A stretch of DNA of 64,000 nucleotides from an uncultured delta proteobacterium (GTDB taxonomy: Bacteria > Myxococcota_A > Polyangia > Polyangiales > Polyangiaceae), in NCBI GenBank assembly GCA_963841435.1, contig CAWJCS010000003.1, positions 1,024,001 through 1,088,000 on the forward strand, in the 5' to 3' direction. Under the pieces are notes generated by a model. That model was not told the origin of the DNA, did not search any database, and was given only the letters and a program-made list of their open reading frames with translations. The stretch's first letter is position 1. Each line of letters starts with the position of its first letter. Position numbers and translations under genes: made by a program. This document shows, one piece after another, positions 40,296 to 49,746 of the stretch.

Positions 40296-41030
40296 ATGGT
40301 GCGCGGCGCGCTGGTCGGGCTGTTGGGTGCGGCGCTCCTCGCCGGCTGCCAAGCGACGCTGCCGAGCTGCGACGCCGAGGTCGAGGCACCCCACGTCGAT
40401 TACGCGCTCGTCGAGTACCGCCTGAACGAGGAGACGGGCGCGCGGTGTACGAGCTCGAGCGCGAAAAGAGCCTTTCCACCTACGTCGCTGCCAAGGAGCT
40501 CGGAGCCGAAGTCGTGTTCGTCTTCAACCACCTCGAGACGGCGAACGTCACGGCAGGCTCGAGCAAGCTCGCGACCAGCAAGGTCTACCAGTCGGACGAG
40601 CACGGAGCGCGCGGCGCGCCACTTTCGCTCGACGACCAAACCCGCTCCGCATTCGTCGCGTCCACGCGCGAGGCCGCCGCCAAGTCCGTCGAGCCCGGGC
40701 GCGTCGTCGCCTTGAGCGCGGTGCTCGACTGTACGGCGATCGCCACGAGCACGGGCGAGAGCATCTGGTTTTACCGACGAACCGTCGCGAGACCGACCGA
40801 GGCGAAGCAGGGCCTGCGGCTGCTCTTCGGACGAAAGCCGGGCGGCGACTGGACACCCGCGGCGCCGGTCGAGCCCGCCGCCATCGACCAGACGGCGCCG
40901 CCCGAGGGCACGTTCGACTCCGAGCCCCGGCGACGCCTACGCCGAGGAACGGCTCGAGCTCGTTCGCAAGGGGGCGGAGCACTTCGTCGGCGCGTTCCGG
41001 AGCGGAGCGCTCCAGGAGGAGGGAGGGTGA
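40296..41030 (+). CDS. Hypothetical lipoprotein with two apparent compensating frameshifts (about 40445 and 40925)
   Basis: SD GGAGGGAG and lipobox LAGC; plausible coding moves to YELEREKSL... and returns to the original frame, ending ...QEEGG* over the next GTG. Confidence 0.55.
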
Positions 41031-41809
41031 CCCGCGTCGCTGCCGTCGCGGCCGCGGCATGCCTCGCCGCCATGATGACGGGCGCGCCTGCCCATGCGCA
41101 GAGCGCACCGGCACCGGGTGCAGAGCTGCCGCCACTGCCACCGCCTCCGCCTCCGCCTCCGCCTCCGCCGCCCCCCGCCGCCGAGAGCCCCGGCGATTCG
41201 CCGCCGCCCGCCGCTCTGCCCAATGCCGGGCTCCAGGCTACGCCCGCTCCCCCCGTCGACGGCGCCGCTTTCCCGGTGACGCTGTCGCCGTCGGCCCCCG
41301 ACCTTGCCTGGTACCTGCCTCCCGAAGGCGAGCGCTTCGTGCCACCCCAGGCCCCCGAGCGCCGCTGGCTGGCTCACTTCGTCGCCGCCGCGCGCTTTCG
41401 CGCCATGTACATGCTCGACGCGCAGCAAGTGGAGGTCGAAGCATCGGCACGCGCCGGCATCGAGGCGATCGCCGGCGTGCTCGGCGTGGTCACGGTCGAC
41501 GGCGATCCGGTGCCGCTCGCTGGCATCGAGGCACTCGGCTACTTCGGCGTCGACGCGTTCGACGAGAACGGCTTTTTGGGTCAGGTGCTCTTGCCGAGCA
41601 TCGAGCTTTCGCTCGCTTTCGATCGCCGCTGGGTCATGCGCGCAGGCAGCGGCATCTCCGGTTTCCGTCTCACGAAGTGCCTGGGGTCGATGAGCCTGGT
41701 CGGGCAGCTGCGTATCCCGATTATCGACGTCTGGGCCGTGCCCGATAGGGACTTTCGCGACCCCCTGGTGTCGCTCGGCACGATGCTCGAGCTCGGCATG
41801 GCGCTCTGA
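41027..41809 (+). CDS. Exported protein with poly-Pro linker and beta-strand-rich C-terminus
   Basis: Signal peptide ending AHA-Q, (CCGCCT)n poly-Pro tract, C-terminal SLGTMLELGMAL. Confidence 0.65.
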   Translation: MTRVAAVAAAACLAAMMTGAPAHAQSAPAPGAELPPLPPPPPPPPPPPPPAAESPGDSPPPAALPNAGLQATPAPPVDGAAFPVTLSPSAPDLAWYLPPEGERFVPPQAPERRWLAHFVAAARFRAMYMLDAQQVEVEASARAGIEAIAGVLGVVTVDGDPVPLAGIEALGYFGVDAFDENGFLGQVLLPSIELSLAFDRRWVMRAGSGISGFRLTKCLGSMSLVGQLRIPIIDVWAVPDRDFRDPLVSLGTMLELGMAL

Positions 41810-41934
41810 CGCCGCCTCCTCGGCGTCTTTGCGCGAACCCTCGTGCGAAAGAGCCCACGCACGACCGACGATCGAGCGCACGGCGCGTCCGCTCGATTGA
41901 CGCGGCCCTGGCCAGGGACTACGCCCCGGGCCTC

Positions 41935-43062
41935 ATGCCCATCGAAATCCGCGAGATCCCCATCGGCGGACGCGTCGAAGGCTTCCTCGACCTGGTGGAC
42001 TACGTGTACCGGGACGACCCCTGTTACGTGCGCCCCCTCGATCTGGACATGAAGCAGCGCCTCGGCAAAAAGCACCCGTTCTTCGACCACGCCGAAGGCA
42101 CGCTATTCACCGCGCACCGCAACGGCTGGTGCGTCGGCCGCGCGAGCGCGCAGATCGACCGTGAGCACCTTGCCCTCCACAAGGACGACGCCGGATTCTT
42201 CGGCTTCTTCGACACGATCGACGACGAAGAAGTCGCAACTGGCCTCCTCGACGCCGCGGCGCGCTGGCTCAAGGCGCGCGGTATGAAGCGCATGCGCGGC
42301 CCGTTCTCGTTTTCGATCAACGAAGAGCTCGGCTGCCTCGTGGAGGGTTTCGACACCCCACCCATGATCATGATGCAGCACCACCGACCCTACCAGGGCG
42401 GGCTCATCGAGGGCGCCGGCCTGAAGCGGCTCAAGGATTTCTACGCCTGGCGTTACACCGTCGGCAAGGTGCCGCCTCGCGCCCAGAAAGCCCACGACGA
42501 AATCGAGGCGATGCCAAACGTGACATCGCGTCACATCGACATGAAGAACCTCGATGCCGACGTCCACACGGTGATGGACATCTTCAACGACGCCTGGCAG
42601 GACAACTGGAGCTTCGTCCCGTTCACCGAAAGCGAGCTGCAAAAGCTCGCGGCCGATCTACGCATGATCGCGATTCCGGCGCTCAGCTACATCACACAAG
42701 TGGATGGCGAGCCGGCCGCGGTGGCCGTGGCGCTGCCGAACCTCAACGAGCTCATCAAGGACCTGCACGGCAGCCTGTTCCCGGTCGGGCTTCCCAAGCT
42801 GCTCTGGCGACTGAAGGTCGTCGGGCCGAAGACCGCGCGCCTGATCATCCTCGGTATCAAGCGAAAGTTCCGCAGCCAGCGAAAGTACGCCGGGCTCAGC
42901 ACGTACCTCTACACGAAGATGAACCACACCGGTCGTGACCTCGGCTTCGAGTGGGGCGAGCTTTCCTGGACCGACGAGGACAACGGCCCCGTGAACGTGG
43001 CGATCAAGTTCATGGGCGGCAAGATCTACAAGCGGTACCGTGTCTACGAGCGCGAGCTCTGA
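41935..43062 (+). CDS. bcerS: GNAT-fold N-acyltransferase, probable bacterial ceramide synthase
   Basis: HPFF, VGRASAQID, GFFGFFD, MRGPFSFSINEELG.LVEGFDTPP, LPNLNE and ELSWTDEDN. Confidence 0.78.
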   Translation: MPIEIREIPIGGRVEGFLDLVDYVYRDDPCYVRPLDLDMKQRLGKKHPFFDHAEGTLFTAHRNGWCVGRASAQIDREHLALHKDDAGFFGFFDTIDDEEVATGLLDAAARWLKARGMKRMRGPFSFSINEELGCLVEGFDTPPMIMMQHHRPYQGGLIEGAGLKRLKDFYAWRYTVGKVPPRAQKAHDEIEAMPNVTSRHIDMKNLDADVHTVMDIFNDAWQDNWSFVPFTESELQKLAADLRMIAIPALSYITQVDGEPAAVAVALPNLNELIKDLHGSLFPVGLPKLLWRLKVVGPKTARLIILGIKRKFRSQRKYAGLSTYLYTKMNHTGRDLGFEWGELSWTDEDNGPVNVAIKFMGGKIYKRYRVYEREL

Positions 43063-44043
43063 ATGACGGTCCTCGTTACGGGTGCCACGGGCTTTCTGGG
43101 CTCGCACGTCGTGGAGCAGCTCGCGCGCTCCGGGCGCGCGGTTCGAGCGCTCGCGCGAAAGACGAGCGATACGCGGTTTCTGGTCTCGCTGGGCGTGGAG
43201 ATCGCCGAGGGCGCCATCGAGGATCGTGACGCCGTGGCGCGCGCCGCCCGCGGCGTCACCGGCATCGTGCACGCGGCGGGCCTCGTCAAGGCGAGGTCAC
43301 CCGAAGAGTTCATGCGGACCAACCACGGCGGCACGCAAAACCTGCTCGAAGCCGCGCTCGAGGAGCCGGCGCTCGAGCGTTTCGTGCTGGTCTCGAGCCT
43401 ATCCGCGCTGCGCCCGAGCGACGGCAGCGGCACCCCCATCCCCGAAGATGCCGAGCCCCACCCCGTCACCGAGTACGGCAAGAGTAAGCTCGCGGCGGAG
43501 CACGCCGCGCGCGCGCTCGAAGGCCGCATCCCGATCACGATCGTGCGACCGCCCGCGATCTACGGCCCGCGCGACCGCGAGATCCTCGCGTTCTTCAAAT
43601 CGATGAAGCTCGGCATTTTGCCGCTGCTCGGCTCGACCCAGAACAAGCTCAGCATGATCTACGGCAGCGACTGCGCCGCGGCTTGCATCGCAGCGCTCGC
43701 AGCGCGACTACCGAGCGGAACGGCGCTGCACGTCGACGACGGCCAGGTGCACACCATGCAGGAGCTCATCGAGCGAGCGGAAGCCGCCATGGGCTCGCGC
43801 GCGCGCTTGAGATTCCATCTACCGCGCCGGCTCGTCGAAACGGCGGCGCTCGGCGCCGAGCTCTACGGGCGTGCGACGAACCGCGCCGTCATGCTCACTC
43901 GCGACAAATGCAACGAGCTCTTCGAGCAGTGGGTCTGTGACGGCGCGCGAGCCAGGGGGCTGCTCGGCTGGCAACCCGAAGTTCGCTTCGCGGACGGCAT
44001 CGAGCGGACCGTGCGCTGGTACCGAGAAGCGGGCTGGCTGTAG
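43063..44043 (+). CDS. cerR: NAD-dependent epimerase/dehydratase (extended SDR), probable ceramide reductase
   Basis: VTGATGFLG, HAAGLVKA, VSSLSA, YGKSKL and RPPAIYGPRD; abuts bcerS. Confidence 0.7.
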   Translation: MTVLVTGATGFLGSHVVEQLARSGRAVRALARKTSDTRFLVSLGVEIAEGAIEDRDAVARAARGVTGIVHAAGLVKARSPEEFMRTNHGGTQNLLEAALEEPALERFVLVSSLSALRPSDGSGTPIPEDAEPHPVTEYGKSKLAAEHAARALEGRIPITIVRPPAIYGPRDREILAFFKSMKLGILPLLGSTQNKLSMIYGSDCAAACIAALAARLPSGTALHVDDGQVHTMQELIERAEAAMGSRARLRFHLPRRLVETAALGAELYGRATNRAVMLTRDKCNELFEQWVCDGARARGLLGWQPEVRFADGIERTVRWYREAGWL

Positions 44044-44145
44044 CGCCCGACCGGCCCCGCAGCCGCGTTCCACCGTTGCTGGACCGCGAATGCCAAACGA
44101 GAAACGTTTGACTCTGAAGGATCCCCGGGGGAGCTACTTTCGCAT

Positions 44146-44183
44146 CCGTCACCAGCTCGTCACGCGTCCGTCACGCATTGACG
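44146..44183 (+). promoter_or_regulatory. Pho-box-like site: three CGTCAC direct repeats with 11-bp period, then TTGACG
   Basis: GTCAC at 44148, 44159 and 44170, immediately upstream of phoU-pstSCABB. Confidence 0.75.
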
Positions 44184-44216
44184 GTGGAAGTAAGCGAAAA
44201 GGACCGCTGCGCCGCC

Positions 44217-45308
44217 ATGACACACTTCGAAGAGACCCTCGAGCGTGACGCGGCGCGCATTCGGCGCAAGATGCAGGAGATGGCCGGCCTGTGCGGCATG
44301 GCGCTCGAAGGCTGCCTGAAGGCGCTCGCGGAGAAAAATCGCCAGCTTGCCTACTCGGTCATCATGCGCGACCAGCGCATCGACGAGCTGGAAAAGGAAA
44401 TCGACAGGCTTTGCCTCGAGTTCATCGTGCGCCAACAACCGGTCGCCGGCACGCTGCGTTTCGTGTACGCAACGATCAAGGTGAACTCGGAGCTCGAGCG
44501 CGTCGGCGACTACGCCGAAAGCATGGCCCGGCAAATCCTCTTGCTCTCGGAGCTCGACGTGCGGGTTCCCATCGAGCGCTTCCGGGAGATTGCGGGGCTC
44601 GCGATCCCCATGTTCCACGGCGCCGTCGAAGCGTTCCTCGCCCAAGACCCCGATCGGGCTCGTCGCACGATGGAGAGCGAGGAACCGGTCGATCGACTGC
44701 GCCATGACCTGAGCAGCGATCTCATCCAGATGCGCCAGGACCAGGAAATTCCGCTCGAGGCGCTCGCGCCGCTGATGGCAATCGTCAACCGCTTCGAGCG
44801 GGTCGCCGATCAGGCGAAGAGCATCTGTCAGGAAGCAATCTACGTGAGCACGGGGGAGTACCTGAAGCACTCGGGTAGCGAGGTCTTTCGTGTGCTGTTC
44901 GTCGACGAGCACAATGCCTGTCGCAGTCAAATGGCGGAGGCCGTCGGTATCGCGCTCGGGCAGCCGAAGTTCGTGTTCACGAGCGCAGGGCTCGACCGCG
45001 AGCCAGTCGACCCCGGCACCATCAGGATCCTCACGGAACACGGCATCGACGTTTCACATCTCACGGCGAAAACCGTCGCCCAGGTGCCGCACCTCGACCA
45101 CTACCAAATCATCGTGGCGCTCGCAAAAGAGGCCCGACGCGTGTTTCCGCCGCCTCCGACCAAGGCCGTGTGCCTCGACTGGAGTATGCCGGATCCCTCC
45201 AAGTTGGGGGGCACGCCCGAGCAGGTTCGCGAAGCCTACGACCGAACGTACAAGGCCCTGGAAGGCTATGTCCGAGACCTCGTGGAGGCCGTCCTCGGCG
45301 ACGGCTAG
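44217..45308 (+). CDS. phoU: Phosphate signalling protein PhoU fused to a C-terminal LMW-PTP/ArsC-fold domain
   Basis: DQRIDELE, QQPVA, ELERVGDYA and ERVADQA (PhoU); VLFVDEHNACRSQMAEA, SAG and WSMPDPS (LMWPc). Confidence 0.9.
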   Translation: MTHFEETLERDAARIRRKMQEMAGLCGMALEGCLKALAEKNRQLAYSVIMRDQRIDELEKEIDRLCLEFIVRQQPVAGTLRFVYATIKVNSELERVGDYAESMARQILLLSELDVRVPIERFREIAGLAIPMFHGAVEAFLAQDPDRARRTMESEEPVDRLRHDLSSDLIQMRQDQEIPLEALAPLMAIVNRFERVADQAKSICQEAIYVSTGEYLKHSGSEVFRVLFVDEHNACRSQMAEAVGIALGQPKFVFTSAGLDREPVDPGTIRILTEHGIDVSHLTAKTVAQVPHLDHYQIIVALAKEARRVFPPPPTKAVCLDWSMPDPSKLGGTPEQVREAYDRTYKALEGYVRDLVEAVLGDG

Positions 45309-45321
45309 TGAAGGAAGAACC

Positions 45322-46269
45322 ATGACTAAGCAAACTTGGATTCTTGCCGCCTCGCGCGGCCTGCCGCTGGCGCGCCGCGCCGTCACCCTGGGCATCGTGG
45401 CGTTGTTGGCGGGCGGAGCCTGCAAGAAGAAGGCGGACACTTCTCAGGAAAGCGCTGGGGCGACCCCGGACAAGCTCTCGGTCCAGAACATCGGGTCCGA
45501 CACCATGGTGAATCTCGCCCAGGCCTGGGCGGAGGAGTACGCGAAGGTGGAGCCGAACGTCTCCGTCGAGGTCTCCGGTGGCGGCTCCGGCGTCGGGATC
45601 GCTGCGCTCATCAACAAGACAGCCGACATTGCCAATGCGAGCCGCAAGATGGAGCCCGAAGAGATGGAGAAGGCCAAGGCGAACGTCGGGGCGATGCCGA
45701 CGGAATTCTTGGTGGGCTACGACGGGCTCGCGGTCTACGTGAACAAGGACAACCCGCTCGATAGCATCAGCATCGAGGAGCTCGGCGGCATCTATCGTGA
45801 GGGCGGCACGATTTCACACTGGGCGCAGGTCGGCGTCGCAGGCATCCCCGGCTCGAAAAGCGACGACATCATCCGCATCAGCCGCCAGAACAACTCGGGC
45901 ACGTATGCGTATTTTCGCGAAACCGTCGTCGGCAAGGGGCATGACTACAAGCCTGGGTCTCTCGACATGAACGGCTCGAAGGACGTCGTCGAGCAGGTGG
46001 CGAAGACCCCCGGCGCCATCGGCTACGCCGGTCTCGGCTATGCGACGCACGAGGTGAAAATCCTCAAGGTTTCCGCGAAGAAAGGCGAACCCGGCGTGCT
46101 GCCGAGCATCGCCACCGTGCACGACAAGAGCTATCCGATCTCCCGACCGATGTTCATGTACACGCCGGGGGCACCCGCGCCACACGTCAGGAAGTACATC
46201 GAGTGGACCATGTCACCCGCTGGTCAGAAGATCGTGGAGGAGACGGGGTACGTCCCGCTGCTGCGGTAG
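45322..46269 (+). CDS. pstS: Phosphate ABC transporter substrate-binding lipoprotein
   Basis: GSDTM, GGGSGVG, DIANASR, RQNNSGTY and YPISRP. Confidence 0.95.
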   Translation: MTKQTWILAASRGLPLARRAVTLGIVALLAGGACKKKADTSQESAGATPDKLSVQNIGSDTMVNLAQAWAEEYAKVEPNVSVEVSGGGSGVGIAALINKTADIANASRKMEPEEMEKAKANVGAMPTEFLVGYDGLAVYVNKDNPLDSISIEELGGIYREGGTISHWAQVGVAGIPGSKSDDIIRISRQNNSGTYAYFRETVVGKGHDYKPGSLDMNGSKDVVEQVAKTPGAIGYAGLGYATHEVKILKVSAKKGEPGVLPSIATVHDKSYPISRPMFMYTPGAPAPHVRKYIEWTMSPAGQKIVEETGYVPLLR

Positions 46270-46275
46270 GCCACC

Positions 46276-47244
46276 ATGGAGGAACGCGTCGTGGATGTGT
46301 CCCCTCAGTCGGCCCCGGGTGCTAGCTCGGTAGCCGTGCGCCCGCGCCCCCACGTGCGGCGACGGCCGTGGGAGCAGCCACTCGAGATCGGCCTCGAGTG
46401 GCTGATTCGCGTGTGCGGCGTCAGCGCCATCCTCTTCGTCTTCAGCATCTTCTTCTTCGTCTTCCGTGAAGGCGTCGGCATGCTGTTCGGCGGGCTCGAC
46501 CTCACGCAGTTCTTCTTCTCCACCGAGTGGTACCCGACGTCGGTGAGGCACGTCCGCTACGGCGCGCTCGCTCTGATCGTCGGAACCTTCAGCGTTACGT
46601 CGCTCGCGATGTTCATCGCCGTGCCGTTCGGGCTCGGCGGAGCCGTGTTCGTCTCCGAGTTCTGCGGCCCGCGCCTGCGCGAGACACTGAAGATCGTCAT
46701 CGAGCTCCTCGCCGCCATTCCCTCGGTGGTCTGGGGCTTCATCGGGCTCTCGGTCATGAATCCCCTGATTCAGGAGCTCTTCCACGTACCCGTGGGGCTC
46801 AACGTGCTGAACGGTGCGCTCCTGCTCGCTCTGATGAGCGTTCCCATCATGGTGAGCATCGGCGAGGACGCGCTCAAGGCCGTGCCCGATTCGTATCGCG
46901 AGGCTGCGCTCGCGATGGGCGCCACGCGCTGGCAGGCCGTCTACCGCGTGCTCCTGCCAGCGGCGCGCAATGGCCTGCTCGCCGCCGTCCTGCTCGGCGT
47001 CGGGCGCGCCGTCGGCGAGACCATGGCCGTCCTGATGGCGACCGGGCACGCCATCAACATCCCGAAGAGCATCTTCGATCCGGTCCGGACCCTCACCGCC
47101 ACCATCGCCGCCGAGCTCGGCGAGGCGTCCGTGGGCTCCGCACACTACCAGGTGCTGTTCGTCATCGGCATCCTGCTTTTCACCATCACTTTCGTCGTGA
47201 ATCTCGTCGCCGACCTCGTGGTCAAGGGCACGGGCAAGGAATAG
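46276..47244 (+). CDS. pstC: Phosphate ABC transporter permease
   Basis: ELLAAIPSVVWG, EAALAMGATRW and GRAVGETMAV. Confidence 0.95.
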   Translation: MEERVVDVSPQSAPGASSVAVRPRPHVRRRPWEQPLEIGLEWLIRVCGVSAILFVFSIFFFVFREGVGMLFGGLDLTQFFFSTEWYPTSVRHVRYGALALIVGTFSVTSLAMFIAVPFGLGGAVFVSEFCGPRLRETLKIVIELLAAIPSVVWGFIGLSVMNPLIQELFHVPVGLNVLNGALLLALMSVPIMVSIGEDALKAVPDSYREAALAMGATRWQAVYRVLLPAARNGLLAAVLLGVGRAVGETMAVLMATGHAINIPKSIFDPVRTLTATIAAELGEASVGSAHYQVLFVIGILLFTITFVVNLVADLVVKGTGKE

Positions 47245-47247
47245 CGC

Positions 47248-48132
47248 GTGTTCACCGAGACTCCCCACATCAAGAGGAAACGCCGCGAGGAGCGGCTGAT
47301 GCACGTCATCCTCGGCCTGATGGCGGGCGCCATGGTCGTGCCGCTCGTGGTCATCGTCACCTACCTCCTCGTGCAGGCGTGGCCGCTCCTGTCGCTCGAT
47401 TTTCTGCTGACGAACCCGGCGGGAGGCATGCGCCGAGGCGGCATCTGGTCCGCGCTGCTCGGCACCTTCTACCTGGTGACGACGTCGCTCTTGATCGCGG
47501 CGCCCATCGGCGTGCTCGCTGCCGTCTACCTGAACGAGTACGCGAAGAAGAACGTCTTCACGCGCATCATCAACCTCGCCGTCGTGAACCTCGCGGGGGT
47601 GCCCAGTATCGTTCACGCCCTGTTCGGGCTCGGCGCGTTCGTGCTCTTCGCGGGCATCGGCCGCTCGATCCTCGCGGCCTCGCTCACGCTGGCGATCATG
47701 ACGTTGCCCGTGATCATCGCCAGCACGAAGGAGGCGCTTTCCTCCGTCCCCATGTCGTTCCGTGAGGCCTGCTGGAACGTGGGGGCGACGCGCTGGCAGA
47801 CGATCCGCGGCATCGTCCTGCCGAATTCGATCAGCGGGATCCTCACGGGCGTCATCCTGCAGGTGTCGCGCACGGCAGGTGAAACGGCTCCCATCATGTT
47901 CACCGGCGCCGTTTTCTTCAAGAAGATCCCGGAGGGTGACCTCTTTGCCTACAACCTGACGGATCAGTGCATGGCCCTCTCCATGCATTTGTTCACGATC
48001 ACGACCCAGGTCACGGAGGCGCCCCACGCGCTTCCCTATGCCACCGCCGTCGTGCTGCTCGGCGCCGTGTTGCTCGTCAACGCCGCGGCCATCTTGGTGC
48101 GAGTCAAGCTGCGCGCGAGGAAGAAGTGGTAG
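47248..48132 (+). CDS. pstA: Phosphate ABC transporter permease
   Basis: YLNEYA, LAGVPSIV and AGETAPI. Confidence 0.95.
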   Translation: MFTETPHIKRKRREERLMHVILGLMAGAMVVPLVVIVTYLLVQAWPLLSLDFLLTNPAGGMRRGGIWSALLGTFYLVTTSLLIAAPIGVLAAVYLNEYAKKNVFTRIINLAVVNLAGVPSIVHALFGLGAFVLFAGIGRSILAASLTLAIMTLPVIIASTKEALSSVPMSFREACWNVGATRWQTIRGIVLPNSISGILTGVILQVSRTAGETAPIMFTGAVFFKKIPEGDLFAYNLTDQCMALSMHLFTITTQVTEAPHALPYATAVVLLGAVLLVNAAAILVRVKLRARKKW

Positions 48133-48905
48133 AAGCCGCCCCCGCTCACGGGCGCGCGAAGATCGCGGTGAGCGATCTTCGCCTGAGATACGGGGACCGA
48201 GAGGTGATTCACGGCATCTCGTTCGACGTCGAACCGAACGAGATTTTCGCCGTCATTGGACCCGCCCAATCCGGCAAGAGCTCGCTTTTGCGGTGCTTGA
48301 ATCGGACCATCGAGTTCGAGCCCGAGGCGCGGGCCTCGGGCTCGATCCGCATCGACGGTCTCGACGTCTCCATGGTGAAGAACGTCTACGAGCTCCGGCG
48401 CCGCGTGGGCATGGTGGCTCCGCTGCCCGTCGGCTTGCCCCTCAGCATTTACGAGAACGTCGCGTTCGCGCCGAGGGCCTCCGGCCTACGCGACAAAGCC
48501 GAGCTCGACGCCCTGGTCGAACGCTGCCTCAGGCAGGCCGCGCTGTGGGACGAGGTGAAGGATCGACTGCATTCGCTCGGTACCAAGCTCTCCGGTGGGC
48601 AGCAGCAGCGGCTCACGATCGCGCGCGCGCTGTCGCACGAGCCCGAGATCCTGTGTCTCGACGAGTTCTCGATTGCCATCGATCCCGTGACCACGATGCG
48701 CATCGAAGAGGTCCTGAAAAAGCTCAAGCAGCAGATGACGATCGTGCTCGTCACCAATCTGGTCCAGCAGGCTCGCCGGCTCGCGAGCCACACCATGTTC
48801 CTGTGGAACGGCGAAATCATCGAGGTGGGGACGACCGATCTGTTGTTCTCGGACAAGCCGAAGGACCAGAGAACCTACGACTACGTGAACGGCATCTTCG
48901 GATGA
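48126..48905 (+). CDS. pstB: Phosphate ABC transporter ATP-binding protein, copy 1 (degenerate Walker A, Q-loop and H-switch)
   Basis: GPAQSGKS, ALWDEVKDRL, LSGGQQQR, LDEFSIAID and VTNL. Confidence 0.88.
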   Translation: MVEAAPAHGRAKIAVSDLRLRYGDREVIHGISFDVEPNEIFAVIGPAQSGKSSLLRCLNRTIEFEPEARASGSIRIDGLDVSMVKNVYELRRRVGMVAPLPVGLPLSIYENVAFAPRASGLRDKAELDALVERCLRQAALWDEVKDRLHSLGTKLSGGQQQRLTIARALSHEPEILCLDEFSIAIDPVTTMRIEEVLKKLKQQMTIVLVTNLVQQARRLASHTMFLWNGEIIEVGTTDLLFSDKPKDQRTYDYVNGIFG

Positions 48906-49712
48906 TGGCGGCGCTACGTTCCACCGCGCCGCCGCCGGAGACGCTCGAGGGCGGCGGGATCGAGACCCGAGAGCTGTCGCTGTGGTACGCCGACTTTCAG
49001 GCGCTCCACGCCGTGACGCTCAGCATGAAGCGCGGCCTCATCACCTCGCTGATTGGTCCGTCGGGCTGCGGCAAGACCACGCTTCTACGCTGCTTCAACC
49101 GCGTCAACGAGCGCTACGGCTACGTGCGCACGACCGGCGAGATTCGCATCCTCGACAAGAATATCTACGACCCGGACGTTTCACTCGTCGAGCTCAGAAA
49201 GTCCGTGGGCATGGTGTTTCAGCGCCCGAACCCGTTGCCCATTTCCGTGTACGAGAACGTGGCGTTCGGGCTGCGCATCCACCATCCGCGCTCGGAGCTC
49301 AAGAAATCGCACGTCGACGAGGCCGTGGCCAAGGCGCTCACCGAGGTCGGTCTGTTCGACGACCTCAAGGACCGCCTGTCCAGCCGTGCCACCGACCTAC
49401 AGCTCGAACAGCAGCAGAAGCTCTGCATCGCGCGCCTCTTGCCGGTCCAGCCGAAAATCATCCTCATGGACGAGCCGTGCTCGGCGCTCGAACGTCGAGG
49501 GGACGCGCGCCATCGAGGAGCTGATGTGGACGTTGCGAGGCCGCTACACGATCGTCATCGTGACGCACAACATGGCCCAGGCGCGGCGCGCCAGCGACGA
49601 ATGCATCTTCATGTTGCTCGGCGAAATCATCGAGCACCGGCGCACCGAGGATCTGTTCCTGACGCCCTCGGACCCGCGCACGGCGGAGTACGTCGAAGGG
49701 CGCTACGGCTGA
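48902..49712 (+). CDS. pstB: Phosphate ABC transporter ATP-binding protein, copy 2 (degenerate signature); +1 frameshift near 49491
   Basis: GPSGCGKT, MVFQRPNP, LQLEQQQK and MDEPCSAL, then VTHNMAQA...YVEGRYG in the next frame. Confidence 0.88.
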
Positions 49713-49746
49713 GCCGCTCGCGAAGCCGGCCGCAACGCCTCGATGC

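Noticed and set aside
41140-41177. (CCGCCT)n tract as a phase-variation switch
   Set aside because: The 6-bp unit keeps the frame and simply encodes a poly-Pro linker
40445-41809. A single 454-aa ORF as given in the track
   Set aside because: Better explained as the frameshifted middle of the 40296 lipoprotein read through into a separate signal-peptide gene starting at 41027
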